A stretch of DNA of 54,748 nt, taken from positions 1-54,748 of IMG/VR virus record IMGVR_UViG_3300044798_000072, one strand, 5' to 3'. The notes under the pieces are model-generated. The model was not told the DNA's origin. It was given only the letters and a program-made list of their open reading frames with translations, and did not search any database. The position numbers and the translations under genes were made by a program. The DNA comes from a virus. Taxonomy: Duplodnaviria > Caudoviricetes. Shown here piece by piece: positions 1 to 8,535 of this stretch (the stretch's first letter is position 1; the number at the start of each line of letters is the position of its first letter).

Positions 1-2
1 GA

Positions 3-1073
3 AGCGCTAAGGTTAAATGCAATACAATAGCCATTTGAACTTATCAGGGTCACCCAGGGGTTTCCGGTGCCGGGAGTCCCGAAAGCATCGGAGTCACTTG
101 ATAGATAATAATTCGTGTTGAGTGGAGCATAACCGCAGTTCGTAATGGACACGCCGAAGTTTGCATTGGAAGTAATCCAGCCGGTTGTGTTGTTTGAACT
201 TACCACATCCGAAGACGAAAACTGTTGTGAATGCGTCCATGCCGAAAGCAACGAAGCCCCGCCAGAATTTGTGCCATGCCAGATTCCGTCCGGCGATTTC
301 CAGCCATTGGTCAAGACCAGATAGTAGCCCAACCCAACATCATTCGTCGCCGTTGCCGAGGTGGTGGCGGAACCGGCTGCGGTCGCATAAGGCGAGTTTG
401 TCACGTCTATATTCGTTACCCCCGTCACTGAGAAATTGCTTGAGAAATGATAAATCAGGCCATTCGCGCCGTTTGTGCCATTCGCGCCATTCGCGCCGTT
501 TGTGCCATTCGCGCCATTCGCGCCGTTTGTGCCATTCGCGCCATTCGCGCCGTTTGTGCCATTCGTTCCCGGCGTTCCCGTTATCCCCGCCGCGCCGGGG
601 ATCAGGTAGTGGATTTCGCCGGGGCTTTTTAACCGGATATATCCATCGGTATTAGACGGAGAACTGGCATCGGTGAACAGGGCCGCTTTGCCAGCGGGCA
701 CATCAAAAGAAGGCACTGATACGGGACTCTGAAAACGCACCCCAATTCCGGGATCATTGCTCTCTTGCATCCGGTTGGTGTAAATCCCAATAACTCCATA
801 ATCCAATTCAGCAACCCCATTATTTGTGCAATGAAAAAGGGCGCTGAGATTTTGAATCGTGACCAATACCCCGACATTATTTGTCCACGGCGTATTCAAA
901 ACAAACGCTGTCGAGATATTAGTGGCGACCGAGTTGGTAATCAGCGACAGCACATGGGCGTCGGCTGCGGCGGGAGTGTTCGTCGTGTATGGATTTTGAA
1001 TGACCGGATTGTTCCCGGCAAACAGGCCAAACGACAGCAACGAAAACAGAGACGAGAGAATTAGCTTTTTCAT
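3..1073 (-). CDS. Signal-peptide-bearing, TN-rich fibre/spike-like protein, copy A (3' end runs off the window)
   Basis: Not in ORF track. ATG at 1073 gives MKKLILSSLFSLLSFGLFAGNNPVIQNPYTTNTPA..., open to the window edge; near-identical to the N-terminal half of 52310..54532; has a Gly-X-Asn collagen-like tract. Confidence 0.8.
   Translation of the reverse strand, partial: MKKLILSSLFSLLSFGLFAGNNPVIQNPYTTNTPAAADAHVLSLITNSVATNISTAFVLNTPWTNNVGVLVTIQNLSALFHCTNNGVAELDYGVIGIYTNRMQESNDPGIGVRFQSPVSVPSFDVPAGKAALFTDASSPSNTDGYIRLKSPGEIHYLIPGAAGITGTPGTNGTNGANGANGTNGANGANGTNGANGANGTNGANGLIYHFSSNFSVTGVTNIDVTNSPYATAAGSATTSATATNDVGLGYYLVLTNGWKSPDGIWHGTNSGGASLLSAWTHSQQFSSSDVVSSNNTTGWITSNANFGVSITNCGYAPLNTNYYLSSDSDAFGTPGTGNPWVTLISSNGYCIAFNLSA
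459..566. repeat. 27-bp tandem repeat x4 encoding collagen-like (GAN-GTN-GAN)n
   Basis: gccattcgcgccgtttgtgccattcgc repeated 4 times (last base of 4th differs); single unit at 54005-54031. Confidence 0.95.
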
Positions 1074-1075
1074 AG

Positions 1076-1339
1076 TTATACAAGGTTGTGCCATACGCCA
1101 TTGTCATATTCCCAAAACGTGTGATTTGATGTGTCAACCGCCAGTCCGCTACCGGATGCGGGCGGAGGTGTTGGCGTCCCGCCGCCATAGTTTCCAAATG
1201 TTGCGCCCGTTCCTGTGCCGCCACCGCCAGAAAAGTTGCACAGAATTTGAAGCAGCACGGCGCGTTGCTGCGCCGGACTCAAACAAAGAAATCTATTGAG
1301 ACAAGCGTTGGCGAGAATTGTATCTATATCTTGTGCCAT
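1076..1339 (-). CDS. Small putative virion protein (one helical Cys module plus C-terminal beta module)
   Basis: Tightly packed in late operon; shares module with 1342..1893, 1898..2305 and 54529..54747. Confidence 0.7.
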   Translation of the reverse strand: MAQDIDTILANACLNRFLCLSPAQQRAVLLQILCNFSGGGGTGTGATFGNYGGGTPTPPPASGSGLAVDTSNHTFWEYDNGVWHNLV

Positions 1340-1341
1340 AA

Positions 1342-1893
1342 TTATACCTCACAGATGGTTGCGGTGATGGGTTGTCCAACAGGACCAAAGAGTTGAATGG
1401 AAAAGAAAGGGGTTTGTGTTCCGGCAACAAACGTGAAACTGCCAGAGCCGGGATTTGCAATAGTTCCATAAGGGGCGTAACCGCAAGCAGCAGGTAAGTG
1501 AATTGATGTTTCATTCGCTCCCCAAGTAAGAACATAGGAATTTCCTTCTGTAAGAGGCACATTAAACACCCCGTCACTGATAATGAAAACATAGTTTCCT
1601 GATAGGCCATAAACCGCCCCATCCGGTATCAGGTTCACACATTGATAACCGTTCCCACCACTGTTCGGAACATCAAATAACAACGTCAACGCGGCAGCCA
1701 TCGCCAAATGCTCGCCCAAACAAGCAAACCCGTTTTCACAGGCCGAAGCCCATAGTTGGTCAACTGTTTCAGTGCTGCCGGAAGCGTCATACCACAATTG
1801 CAATTCAGCCGCCCTCGATTGTTTATCGGTCAGCCGGTCGAACCCGTTTGCGACCGCCTCAGCTAAAAGCTGGTCAATGTCGCAAGTAGCCAT
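1342..1893 (-). CDS. Putative capsid-associated protein (two helical modules plus beta-rich domain)
   Basis: 183-aa ORF, operon packing downstream of major capsid gene. Confidence 0.7.
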   Translation of the reverse strand: MATCDIDQLLAEAVANGFDRLTDKQSRAAELQLWYDASGSTETVDQLWASACENGFACLGEHLAMAAALTLLFDVPNSGGNGYQCVNLIPDGAVYGLSGNYVFIISDGVFNVPLTEGNSYVLTWGANETSIHLPAACGYAPYGTIANPGSGSFTFVAGTQTPFFSIQLFGPVGQPITATICEV

Positions 1894-1897
1894 TTAA

Positions 1898-2305
1898 TTA
1901 GAGCAGGCGTATCGTTGATGCCGCCTTGAAGAAACTGCACCAAAGCGGGGTCATAATCGCGTCCAAGTCTGTCTTGCCGCAACTCAACTTACAGGCTTCC
2001 TGAATAAGAGTTTTCTCGGAAGTCGGAGCTTCCTGAGATATTTGTTGGGCAACCGCCCAAAGCAGGTAGGTGAAAATCGCGTCCCTGTCCAAATCGCCAA
2101 TGTTGCAACCGCAACACTTGCCCATTGCCAACAATTCGGGCAATGTATAAATACTATCCTCGTTGAGTGCCGAAATGATGAAATTTAAAAGCACGATTTG
2201 AATTGCCTTCCGCAAAACCGGCGATACGCACGGGTCGCGGAAACACTTGGCGAGCGGCACTAAATCCTTGCAGTCGCAACTTGGTAAAAATTCTTCTTGT
2301 GGCAT
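1898..2305 (-). CDS. Cys-rich putative capsid-associated protein (three helical modules)
   Basis: 135-aa ORF with internal repeats. Confidence 0.7.
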   Translation of the reverse strand: MPQEEFLPSCDCKDLVPLAKCFRDPCVSPVLRKAIQIVLLNFIISALNEDSIYTLPELLAMGKCCGCNIGDLDRDAIFTYLLWAVAQQISQEAPTSEKTLIQEACKLSCGKTDLDAIMTPLWCSFFKAASTIRLL

Positions 2306-2309
2306 AAAA

Positions 2310-2603
2310 TCAAACTACTCCTTCCTGTTTCGGTTGGTCGAGTCTTTCGGCCAGACCGTCGCTGCCGGGTTTTTGCTGTTCAGGTGCTTTTGTGACATTC
2401 ACAGAACCGGCTTGCTGGTCAACACTGACAACCATGAGCCGGGGAACTTCATCGCCTTCTTTGGGCGGCGTTTCGCCCCATAACGACAAAGGCAGACTGG
2501 CGGTTTCCTGCTGGTCTTGATTTCCACTCGCCTGTTCGGGCGGCGTGGCGTCCTCTGCCATCACACCATTAGGGTTTCCCGGCTTTCCCGTTGTATCAAT
2601 CAT
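2310..2603 (-). CDS. Hypothetical protein
   Basis: 97-aa ORF directly after major capsid gene. Confidence 0.65.
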   Translation of the reverse strand: MIDTTGKPGNPNGVMAEDATPPEQASGNQDQQETASLPLSLWGETPPKEGDEVPRLMVVSVDQQAGSVNVTKAPEQQKPGSDGLAERLDQPKQEGVV

Positions 2604-2617
2604 TTTTGGATTTGTTT

Positions 2618-2645
2618 GGCGGGGCGGTTTTTACTCCACCCCGCC
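2618..2645 (-). terminator. GC-rich hairpin after major capsid gene (no U-tract; pause/stability element or weak terminator)
   Basis: ggcggggcgg...ccaccccgcc inverted repeat. Confidence 0.35.
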
Positions 2646-2669
2646 GTTAATTGTTACTGCCGGATTTGA

Positions 2670-3989
2670 TTAAGCATCGCAGACATCCGGCCCGCCTTCG
2701 TAATTCTGAACCACATATTGCGGAGCGTCACCGCACACGGGCGAATCCACCATGCAACCCTGGCCTGCGTCAATCAGATGCAGAATCGGCATGTTCAAAT
2801 CCCTCTGGTCATATTCAAAACCAAGCTGCAACAGACACAGCCAGTAAAACCATTGCTGCGTTTCGTTGTTCTTGGTGCAAACCGTTCCGTCCTCAGCCGG
2901 GTAAATCAAAGCCCCCTGCGGATTGACAAAGTCCCATGCGCCATACATGGCCGAATTGACTTGGGGAATCATTTCGTGGATTTTCTTCGGCTTGGTCGTA
3001 TAGACCTTCGTGGCCATCTTGTGACTGATGACCGACAAACCATAGCGGGAGTTGAGCCATGCCGAGTTGTAAATGGGTTTCTCGCCGGTCGTCGCCGGGG
3101 TGTTCAAATACGGAAGCACGCGTTGCAGCAACCCGCCGCCGTTCGTAACGAATCGGATTTGATGCTCGTCAAAGGTCGGAGCATAAGGCCCAAACGGGTC
3201 GGCATTGATGCCCGTGCCAAGTTCATAAAGAGGCGAGACATCCTTGACGCCAACTAAGTGCAACTGCGACTTGATTTCGGGATTCTGGCCAACCAGATTT
3301 TGCCACACCTTTGAGTGGGTGATGATGTTCCGCATTCCCTTGGCAATCCCGGAATCGCGGTCATACCCGCGCAAGCCGAGGATTTGCGAGAGATACGTCA
3401 AATACTGCCAGGTCAACTGGCTGGTGGGCAGATTGCCCGCACCGCCGAGGTTAATCGTGGACAGGTTCGGCGTGGTATTCAGGGAAGTGATTGCCAGCGT
3501 TCCAAAAGCACTGCCGCAAATTTGAAGGCTGTCGTGGTATGACACCGTGCGGGCGCGGACAAAATCACCCGTAAATCCGAGCGGAATGTTGCGAATGACC
3601 TTGTAAATCTGCTTCATCTGCTGGCCAATCTTGGGCACGCGGGCAAGTTGTTCCAAACAGAATAATTGCGAACGCAGCTTGATTTGCTCCATGACCGCAG
3701 AATCGCGGGTGGAACCGTAGCCGATATACGCGCTTGGCGGGTCGCACGGGCTGTTTGCGGCGCATTCGCTGGCATCAATGACCTGCCACGGGGTCAGGTA
3801 ATTCGCCTGCTCAACATGGAGCTTGTCGAAATATACCCGGTCGGTTTCATAATCCCACACTTCGGATTGATGCCGTCCCACAAACGGGACGTTCACCATG
3901 TCGGAAATGTAGTCGTCCAAAAACGCTTCCGCAAAGACGGGCGTTTGTCGGGCGAGGTTCACACGGAGCGCGGTGCAGCTTGTTGCCAT
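2670..3989 (-). CDS. Major capsid protein
   Basis: 439 aa, downstream of portal/scaffold/GroES, long structured leader and 3' hairpin; assignment from size and context. Confidence 0.7.
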   Translation of the reverse strand: MATSCTALRVNLARQTPVFAEAFLDDYISDMVNVPFVGRHQSEVWDYETDRVYFDKLHVEQANYLTPWQVIDASECAANSPCDPPSAYIGYGSTRDSAVMEQIKLRSQLFCLEQLARVPKIGQQMKQIYKVIRNIPLGFTGDFVRARTVSYHDSLQICGSAFGTLAITSLNTTPNLSTINLGGAGNLPTSQLTWQYLTYLSQILGLRGYDRDSGIAKGMRNIITHSKVWQNLVGQNPEIKSQLHLVGVKDVSPLYELGTGINADPFGPYAPTFDEHQIRFVTNGGGLLQRVLPYLNTPATTGEKPIYNSAWLNSRYGLSVISHKMATKVYTTKPKKIHEMIPQVNSAMYGAWDFVNPQGALIYPAEDGTVCTKNNETQQWFYWLCLLQLGFEYDQRDLNMPILHLIDAGQGCMVDSPVCGDAPQYVVQNYEGGPDVCDA

Positions 3990-4223
3990 AAAATTCTTTC
4001 GTTTGTTTTGCCCGCTGACAACGCAGCGAGACGGTTAATCGGTTTATCTGCAAAACAAGTGGACGCACTTGCAACGAGTGGATTTACCACAATGAGCCGT
4101 CAGGAGCGGCACTGCCCTGATGCAGGGGATTCCTGCTTCACTTGTTCAATCGTTAATCTTCTTTAACGATAATGTAAAGGGGAAGAAGAAAAGTATAAGA
4201 GACGCTTTAAGACAAAAGAAGAA

Positions 4224-4745
4224 CTATTTCTTTTTCATTACTGCCAGCATATCGTCAAATTGGCCTTTAACCTTGCGCCGGTCATGGAGCGTGACGTTCT
4301 GGAAACAGCCAAAGAGTTCCAGGTATTGCGGGTAACGAATATCTTCAACGATGAAAAGACCGCCTGGTTTAAGTTTGGGCCAGAACACGGCCACCGCCCA
4401 AATCTGTTCGGTGATGACATGGCTGGCGTCGTCAATGATGATGTCAAAATCAGGCAGAGCATTTCTGATTTCGAGAATGTGATCCCGTTCAACTGTATCG
4501 CAACGGATGCTGGTGATTCGGTTTTCTGTAATCAATCGGGCCGGGTCATTGTCAATTCCATAGACGTGCGCATAGGTGAAAAAATCTCGCCATGCCCGAA
4601 GCGAAGCGCCGTTCATTATCCCCAATTCAAGAATGGCTTCCGCCGACTCCTGATAAGGCAGGAACAATTCTTCATACAGCGGCACATAAGAATGCGATGA
4701 CAATTTATCAGATGGATGCTTTGTAAAGGCTTCAGTAAGATTCAT
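4224..4745 (-). CDS. Class I SAM-dependent (sugar O-)methyltransferase
   Basis: ILELGIMNGASL, YGID, DIIIDDASH, LKPGGLFIVED motifs. Confidence 0.85.
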   Translation of the reverse strand: MNLTEAFTKHPSDKLSSHSYVPLYEELFLPYQESAEAILELGIMNGASLRAWRDFFTYAHVYGIDNDPARLITENRITSIRCDTVERDHILEIRNALPDFDIIIDDASHVITEQIWAVAVFWPKLKPGGLFIVEDIRYPQYLELFGCFQNVTLHDRRKVKGQFDDMLAVMKKK

Positions 4746-5947
4746 ATATTTATTTTATTTTGGTAATACCTTTCGTCCATCCATGACCGATTGTAAATAT
4801 CAACCTTTTCGGCAAGCGGTTTCCCGTCCATGTCCGCAATTAGAATTCGCAGATTCCTGCCGATTTTGAATTCTGGAATGATTGATGCCTGCGTTCGCCC
4901 CATGCGCCGGATGTATTCCGTGTGCTCACCGTAATCGGCATGGTAAATCGGGCCGCTCAAGAAACATTTCTTGCACACCCATATCTTTTCATCTTCAAAG
5001 AATTCAATCTCGCCGCGTTTAATCCGATTCCATAAATCAAACCGATTCGGTTCAAGCACGCTTTGAACTCGCTCACATTCCGCACAGCACCTTTTGAATT
5101 CATGGTCGGGTTTTATATTTGCCCGACCCGAAAACGAACCATACCAATGATGCAATCGGTAAAGTATGTGCGCCTTGCGCGAACACGTCAGCTTTGCATT
5201 GTTGGCTCGAATGCAAAAGTCTAAATCCTCGTAGTGCAGAAGGTTCGTAAAAACTTCGTCGCATCCGTTGAGTGAAAGCCAGTCTTTTCGGAACACCATG
5301 TAATTGCCGTAACAATTAAGCGGGAATAATGCAGGGAAAGCATCCTTGTCGCTGTCAGAATTCCACGATGCCCCCGGCACACCAGCCCGTTGTGGAATCT
5401 CACCCCAATTAACAACATCGCTTCCAAAGTTCCATATCTTTGTGTCATGGTTGGTTGCACTATTATCGTCCCGATTTTCCCTGTTTAACGGGTCGCATGA
5501 GTGGAAATAAAAATCCACGTTGGTTTCAGATTCAAGACAGACTTTTGTGAAATCAGGACGCACAAAACGCCAGCACGAATACCGTACAATTCTTGGCGAC
5601 TCAGAAAAACAATAGGCAGCGTTAAATACGGCACAGTCCAGACGTTTTGCAATGTGCTGATTCGGCGTGTATGGAACATGAACGATGTGCAGTTTGTAAT
5701 GTTCCGCAAGCTCCTTCATGTAACCGCTGCGTTTTGAAAAATGCGGGTCAACAATCAGCACGTCGAAATCTTTCACGGTTTGCTCAGACAAACATCGCAG
5801 TTGAGCGCGAAGCAGCCAGTCGCCTTCATACATGAAAGATGGTGTCATTGAAATGGTAAGCGGCCTTATATTGGCCCGCCTGAACACATTCACCAACTCG
5901 TCATGTTCTTGGCCGGTTGCTTTTCTCACAATCTTAAATCCTCCCAC
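4742..5947 (-). CDS. GT-A fold glycosyltransferase (GT2/GT7-like); probable start GTG at 5929
   Basis: LSEQTVKDFDVLIVD N-terminal motif; LNGCDEVF...YEDLDF C-terminal motif. Confidence 0.75.
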   Translation of the reverse strand: MGGFKIVRKATGQEHDELVNVFRRANIRPLTISMTPSFMYEGDWLLRAQLRCLSEQTVKDFDVLIVDPHFSKRSGYMKELAEHYKLHIVHVPYTPNQHIAKRLDCAVFNAAYCFSESPRIVRYSCWRFVRPDFTKVCLESETNVDFYFHSCDPLNRENRDDNSATNHDTKIWNFGSDVVNWGEIPQRAGVPGASWNSDSDKDAFPALFPLNCYGNYMVFRKDWLSLNGCDEVFTNLLHYEDLDFCIRANNAKLTCSRKAHILYRLHHWYGSFSGRANIKPDHEFKRCCAECERVQSVLEPNRFDLWNRIKRGEIEFFEDEKIWVCKKCFLSGPIYHADYGEHTEYIRRMGRTQASIIPEFKIGRNLRILIADMDGKPLAEKVDIYNRSWMDERYYQNKINI

Positions 5948-7554
5948 CTAAATTCGGCAATCGCAGACCTGCAATCATTCTGTCCGACTGCAACCAGGAT
6001 GTTATCCCCGTCCAAGAACGCACCGTAAGGAATCACCACATTCCTCTTCCAGTGGTGACAGTCGTGGACATATCGTTCATCACCGCAAAGTAAATATCTT
6101 CCCACGACCTTGACGGTTGCGAATGGCGGCCTGTTCTCCATCAGGCAAGTCCCGATGAAATAGCGGAACGACCTGTCGGGATAAACTTTTCTGGAATGGA
6201 AAAACCGGAGCAGTTTGTCGCCGCGCAGAAGCACCGCCCCGCCCCTTATCTCGCCATTCGGCCAAGTCGGGGCGGGCGACCTGTGTTCAGCCACAACCGT
6301 TTCCCGGTCAACTTCCAGCACAATTTGTTTCCCGTCCTTGATGCCGTAAATGAAATACAACTTTCCGCCCACCACAAACGGACACCAGTTTTTTTCCATG
6401 CCCGAAAAGTCGTTGTGTCCGTATTTGGGCTGGTAATGCTTTTCAACGCGCCACTGTTCCTTTTCTTCGATAACCGGCCCGTATCCCATGACCGAGAACC
6501 ACCGACCGCTTCTTTCCGTTGAAAGTGTGTATGCCGCATAAAGCCTTTCATTGAAAACGAACAATCTTGCATCCTCTTGCCCATATTCCCTATACATTTC
6601 GGGCAGAGTTAACGACAAAGTTCGCTTCCCATCGTCAATAACCAGCTTGGTTTTCCAGTTTTGAGCGGGGTGGTAACGGTAGGATTTTATCAGCCGATTG
6701 CCAAATCGCACAGCAGACAGATTGTAACCATTGTGGAACATTGTCCCACACGGGGTAATTTCAGCCGGCTTGACCCCTCGTATGATGTCCACCATTTCAA
6801 ACAGAATCCTTTTCTTGCGCCGTTCCCATTCCCCATACCGGCAATAAAATCTGAATTTAGGATGCCACGCTGAACCACGCCAACCGTCAGCGGCCAGAAC
6901 AATCGTTGGAACTTTGGATGCCTTTGAAAGATGAACGTGCGCCGTCTCAACCGTTACCAGACAATCGGCCTTGTCATATAAACCAAGCACATCAAAAATC
7001 CGGCTGGCCTTGACTTCGGACAGCCTGATAATCTTGTGGGTTGAACCAAATTCATCCTTCAACATCTTCGCCAGTTCGTTAGCTTGTTGAAACGGTGACG
7101 ACTCGCTGTGGTCGGCAAAGAGGATGAACTTCTCACTAGGGCTTGCACCCCGCCCACACCTCACTGTGCTTCTTATCAGTATCCGCTCCCGCAAGCTGCT
7201 GCGCTGGTCAAACACCAGCGGCCAATCCTCAAAATGTTCAACGCAGCCCGCACGAAGCCACTGGCTGTATTGAAATGAAGGCGTTTTGTGTTCCACGGGA
7301 TAATCCCTGCCGTGAGTTTGCGGGACAATAACATTCTCGAATTTTCGCTTGGCCAACTTTATCGCTCCCCGAACGTCGCCCATGTCACCGTCAAAAATCA
7401 CCGGCCCGACATACGACACGCCTTGCAGAATGTCAGCGTATTGCTTGGCTATGACCAGCGAAGGTTTGATTCCTGTTGTTTGGAACTCATGCAGCAGGAT
7501 TGGGAGAACTGACGCTACATCGCCGTATTTTCCGGTTTGGACATAGGCTTTCAT
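5926..7554 (-). CDS. Fusion of GT9-like (GT-B) domain and GH130/beta-mannosyltransferase-like beta-propeller
   Basis: N-terminal GKYGD and LVTVETAHVHL (GT9-like); C-terminal EDARLF, EKNWCPF, IRGG, VVIPYGA, GQND (5-blade propeller family). Confidence 0.7.
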   Translation of the reverse strand: MKAYVQTGKYGDVASVLPILLHEFQTTGIKPSLVIAKQYADILQGVSYVGPVIFDGDMGDVRGAIKLAKRKFENVIVPQTHGRDYPVEHKTPSFQYSQWLRAGCVEHFEDWPLVFDQRSSLRERILIRSTVRCGRGASPSEKFILFADHSESSPFQQANELAKMLKDEFGSTHKIIRLSEVKASRIFDVLGLYDKADCLVTVETAHVHLSKASKVPTIVLAADGWRGSAWHPKFRFYCRYGEWERRKKRILFEMVDIIRGVKPAEITPCGTMFHNGYNLSAVRFGNRLIKSYRYHPAQNWKTKLVIDDGKRTLSLTLPEMYREYGQEDARLFVFNERLYAAYTLSTERSGRWFSVMGYGPVIEEKEQWRVEKHYQPKYGHNDFSGMEKNWCPFVVGGKLYFIYGIKDGKQIVLEVDRETVVAEHRSPAPTWPNGEIRGGAVLLRGDKLLRFFHSRKVYPDRSFRYFIGTCLMENRPPFATVKVVGRYLLCGDERYVHDCHHWKRNVVIPYGAFLDGDNILVAVGQNDCRSAIAEFRWEDLRL

Positions 7555-7581
7555 TCACTTGCGCCGGATGTGAATTATTGG

Positions 7582-7737
7582 CTATTCAACAATAGGGGGT
7601 TTTATTATCCGCCAAAATATAATTGCGACACTGAAAAGATGAACCGCAAAGAACCCCCGAAGAAATGGAGGTTCTGTTTTATGCCAAGAAATCCCAATTA
7701 GCCAGATTTTCCAGTCGAAGATTATTTCAGGTTTCAT
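7582..7737 (-). CDS. Small hydrophobic hypothetical protein (51 aa)
   Basis: Manually translated MKPEIIFDWKIWLIGISW...PPIVE; start overlaps the groES 3' end. Confidence 0.45.
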   Translation of the reverse strand: MKPEIIFDWKIWLIGISWHKTEPPFLRGFFAVHLFSVAIIFWRIIKPPIVE

Positions 7738-8071
7738 CTAAAATTCCTTCCACGTCATGCTGTTTGATTTGCACCAATCGCTTGTCACCAATCTCGCAAA
7801 ACAGTCCTGAGAACTTTTTGAAAACAACCCGTTGTCCAATCTTGAATTCAGGTTCAACCAGCACGCCTTTCTTGGTTCTCAGTTTTCCGCCCATTGCGAA
7901 CACCGTTCCGGTGCTTGGCATGTCCCGGTCACGGTAAGTTTCGGGCTTCAAAATCAATCCCGATTTTTCAGGTTCGGGGTCGGGAAGGATAAATACATTT
8001 CCGGCAGTTGGCCGAAGCCTAAGACGGCGCTTGAGGCAACTCTGATTTGGCTCGCCAGTTTTCGGGGGCAT
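7727..8071 (-). CDS. groES: Co-chaperonin GroES/Cpn10
   Basis: LRPTAGNVFI...SGLIL...GTVFAMGG...KIGQRVVFKKFSG...DVEGIL. Confidence 0.9.
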   Translation of the reverse strand: MPPKTGEPNQSCLKRRLRLRPTAGNVFILPDPEPEKSGLILKPETYRDRDMPSTGTVFAMGGKLRTKKGVLVEPEFKIGQRVVFKKFSGLFCEIGDKRLVQIKQHDVEGILDET

Positions 8072-8487
8072 TATTTGCCCTCCTTCGACTCACGCTCAGA
8101 GTGCCTCAGCTTTGTTTTAGACCACGGAACTACATCAAACCAATATGAACGAAAAATCAAATTTGCAAACCGACCAGATGCTTCTTGGTGCAACCGCCGG
8201 ATATATGGGATTGAGGAAGTTTGTTCTTGAGTGGTATTCACAGATGACGAGTGAGCCGATGAATCAGGCAGAGCAAAGACTTCGCGGGTATATTGACGCA
8301 GAACTAGAGAGACTATTGAGGGAGTTGGCTGAAAGTGGCTCTCCTGATTATGCCAGAATTTTAGATTTCCGCAAAAAGCAATCACCTTAGATATGAAGTC
8401 CAAAATCCGTGGTCTAACAATGCGCTTCAGGACAACGCCGGGTGCGCTGGCCGGTTTAGCTGCATCACTGGTCGGTTTGGTTGTCAT
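8071..8487 (-). CDS. Antisense ORF starting inside attC loop, coupled to groES
   Basis: ATG in attC loop after AG-rich RBS-like tract; stop overlaps groES start (TAATG); composition not typical of a folded protein. Confidence 0.35.
   Translation of the reverse strand: MTTKPTSDAAKPASAPGVVLKRIVRPRILDFISKVIAFCGNLKFWHNQESHFQPTPSIVSLVLRQYTREVFALPDSSAHSSSVNTTQEQTSSIPYIRRLHQEASGRFANLIFRSYWFDVVPWSKTKLRHSERESKEGK
8145..8390 (+). CDS. Cassette-borne helical hypothetical protein
   Basis: 81-aa protein-like ORF in canonical position just upstream of attC. Confidence 0.6.
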   Translation: MNEKSNLQTDQMLLGATAGYMGLRKFVLEWYSQMTSEPMNQAEQRLRGYIDAELERLLRELAESGSPDYARILDFRKKQSP

Positions 8488-8535
8488 TCGTTTTCCTTTC
8501 TCTCACGGCGCGTGCCTGAGCTTGGGTTGTTAGGT
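8412..8535 (+). repeat. attC site
   Basis: GTCTAAC-aatgc-GCTTCAGG...CCTGAGC-ttgggtt-GTTAGGT (R'', L'', L', R' layout). Confidence 0.85.

Larger units (their letters stand above)
1..1073. repeat. Diverged ~1 kb direct repeat of 53547..54532
   Basis: 1-122 identical to 53547-53668; the rest is highly similar with scattered substitutions and a repeat-number difference. Confidence 0.95.
8117..8535 (+). mobile_element. Solo integron-type gene cassette
   Basis: Begins TTAGACCACGGA (8117-8128), exact complement of TCCGTGGTCTAA (8406-8417); ends in attC 8412-8535. Confidence 0.8.

Noticed and set aside
1-122. True terminal direct repeat proving a complete genome
   Set aside because: The exact match is internal (53547), not at the window end, and flanks diverge; more likely an assembly break at a repeat
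459-566. CRISPR array
   Set aside because: Contiguous tandem repeat without spacers, in frame within a CDS
185-1064. Plus-strand ORFs with CHSRHSRRL/AIRAVC repeats and the 82-aa minus ORFs (629, 54094)
   Set aside because: Alternative frames of the fibre-like gene and its tandem repeat
1-1073. Diversity-generating retroelement TR/VR pair (with 53547..54532)
   Set aside because: Differences are not adenine-specific, both copies are coding, and no reverse transcriptase is present
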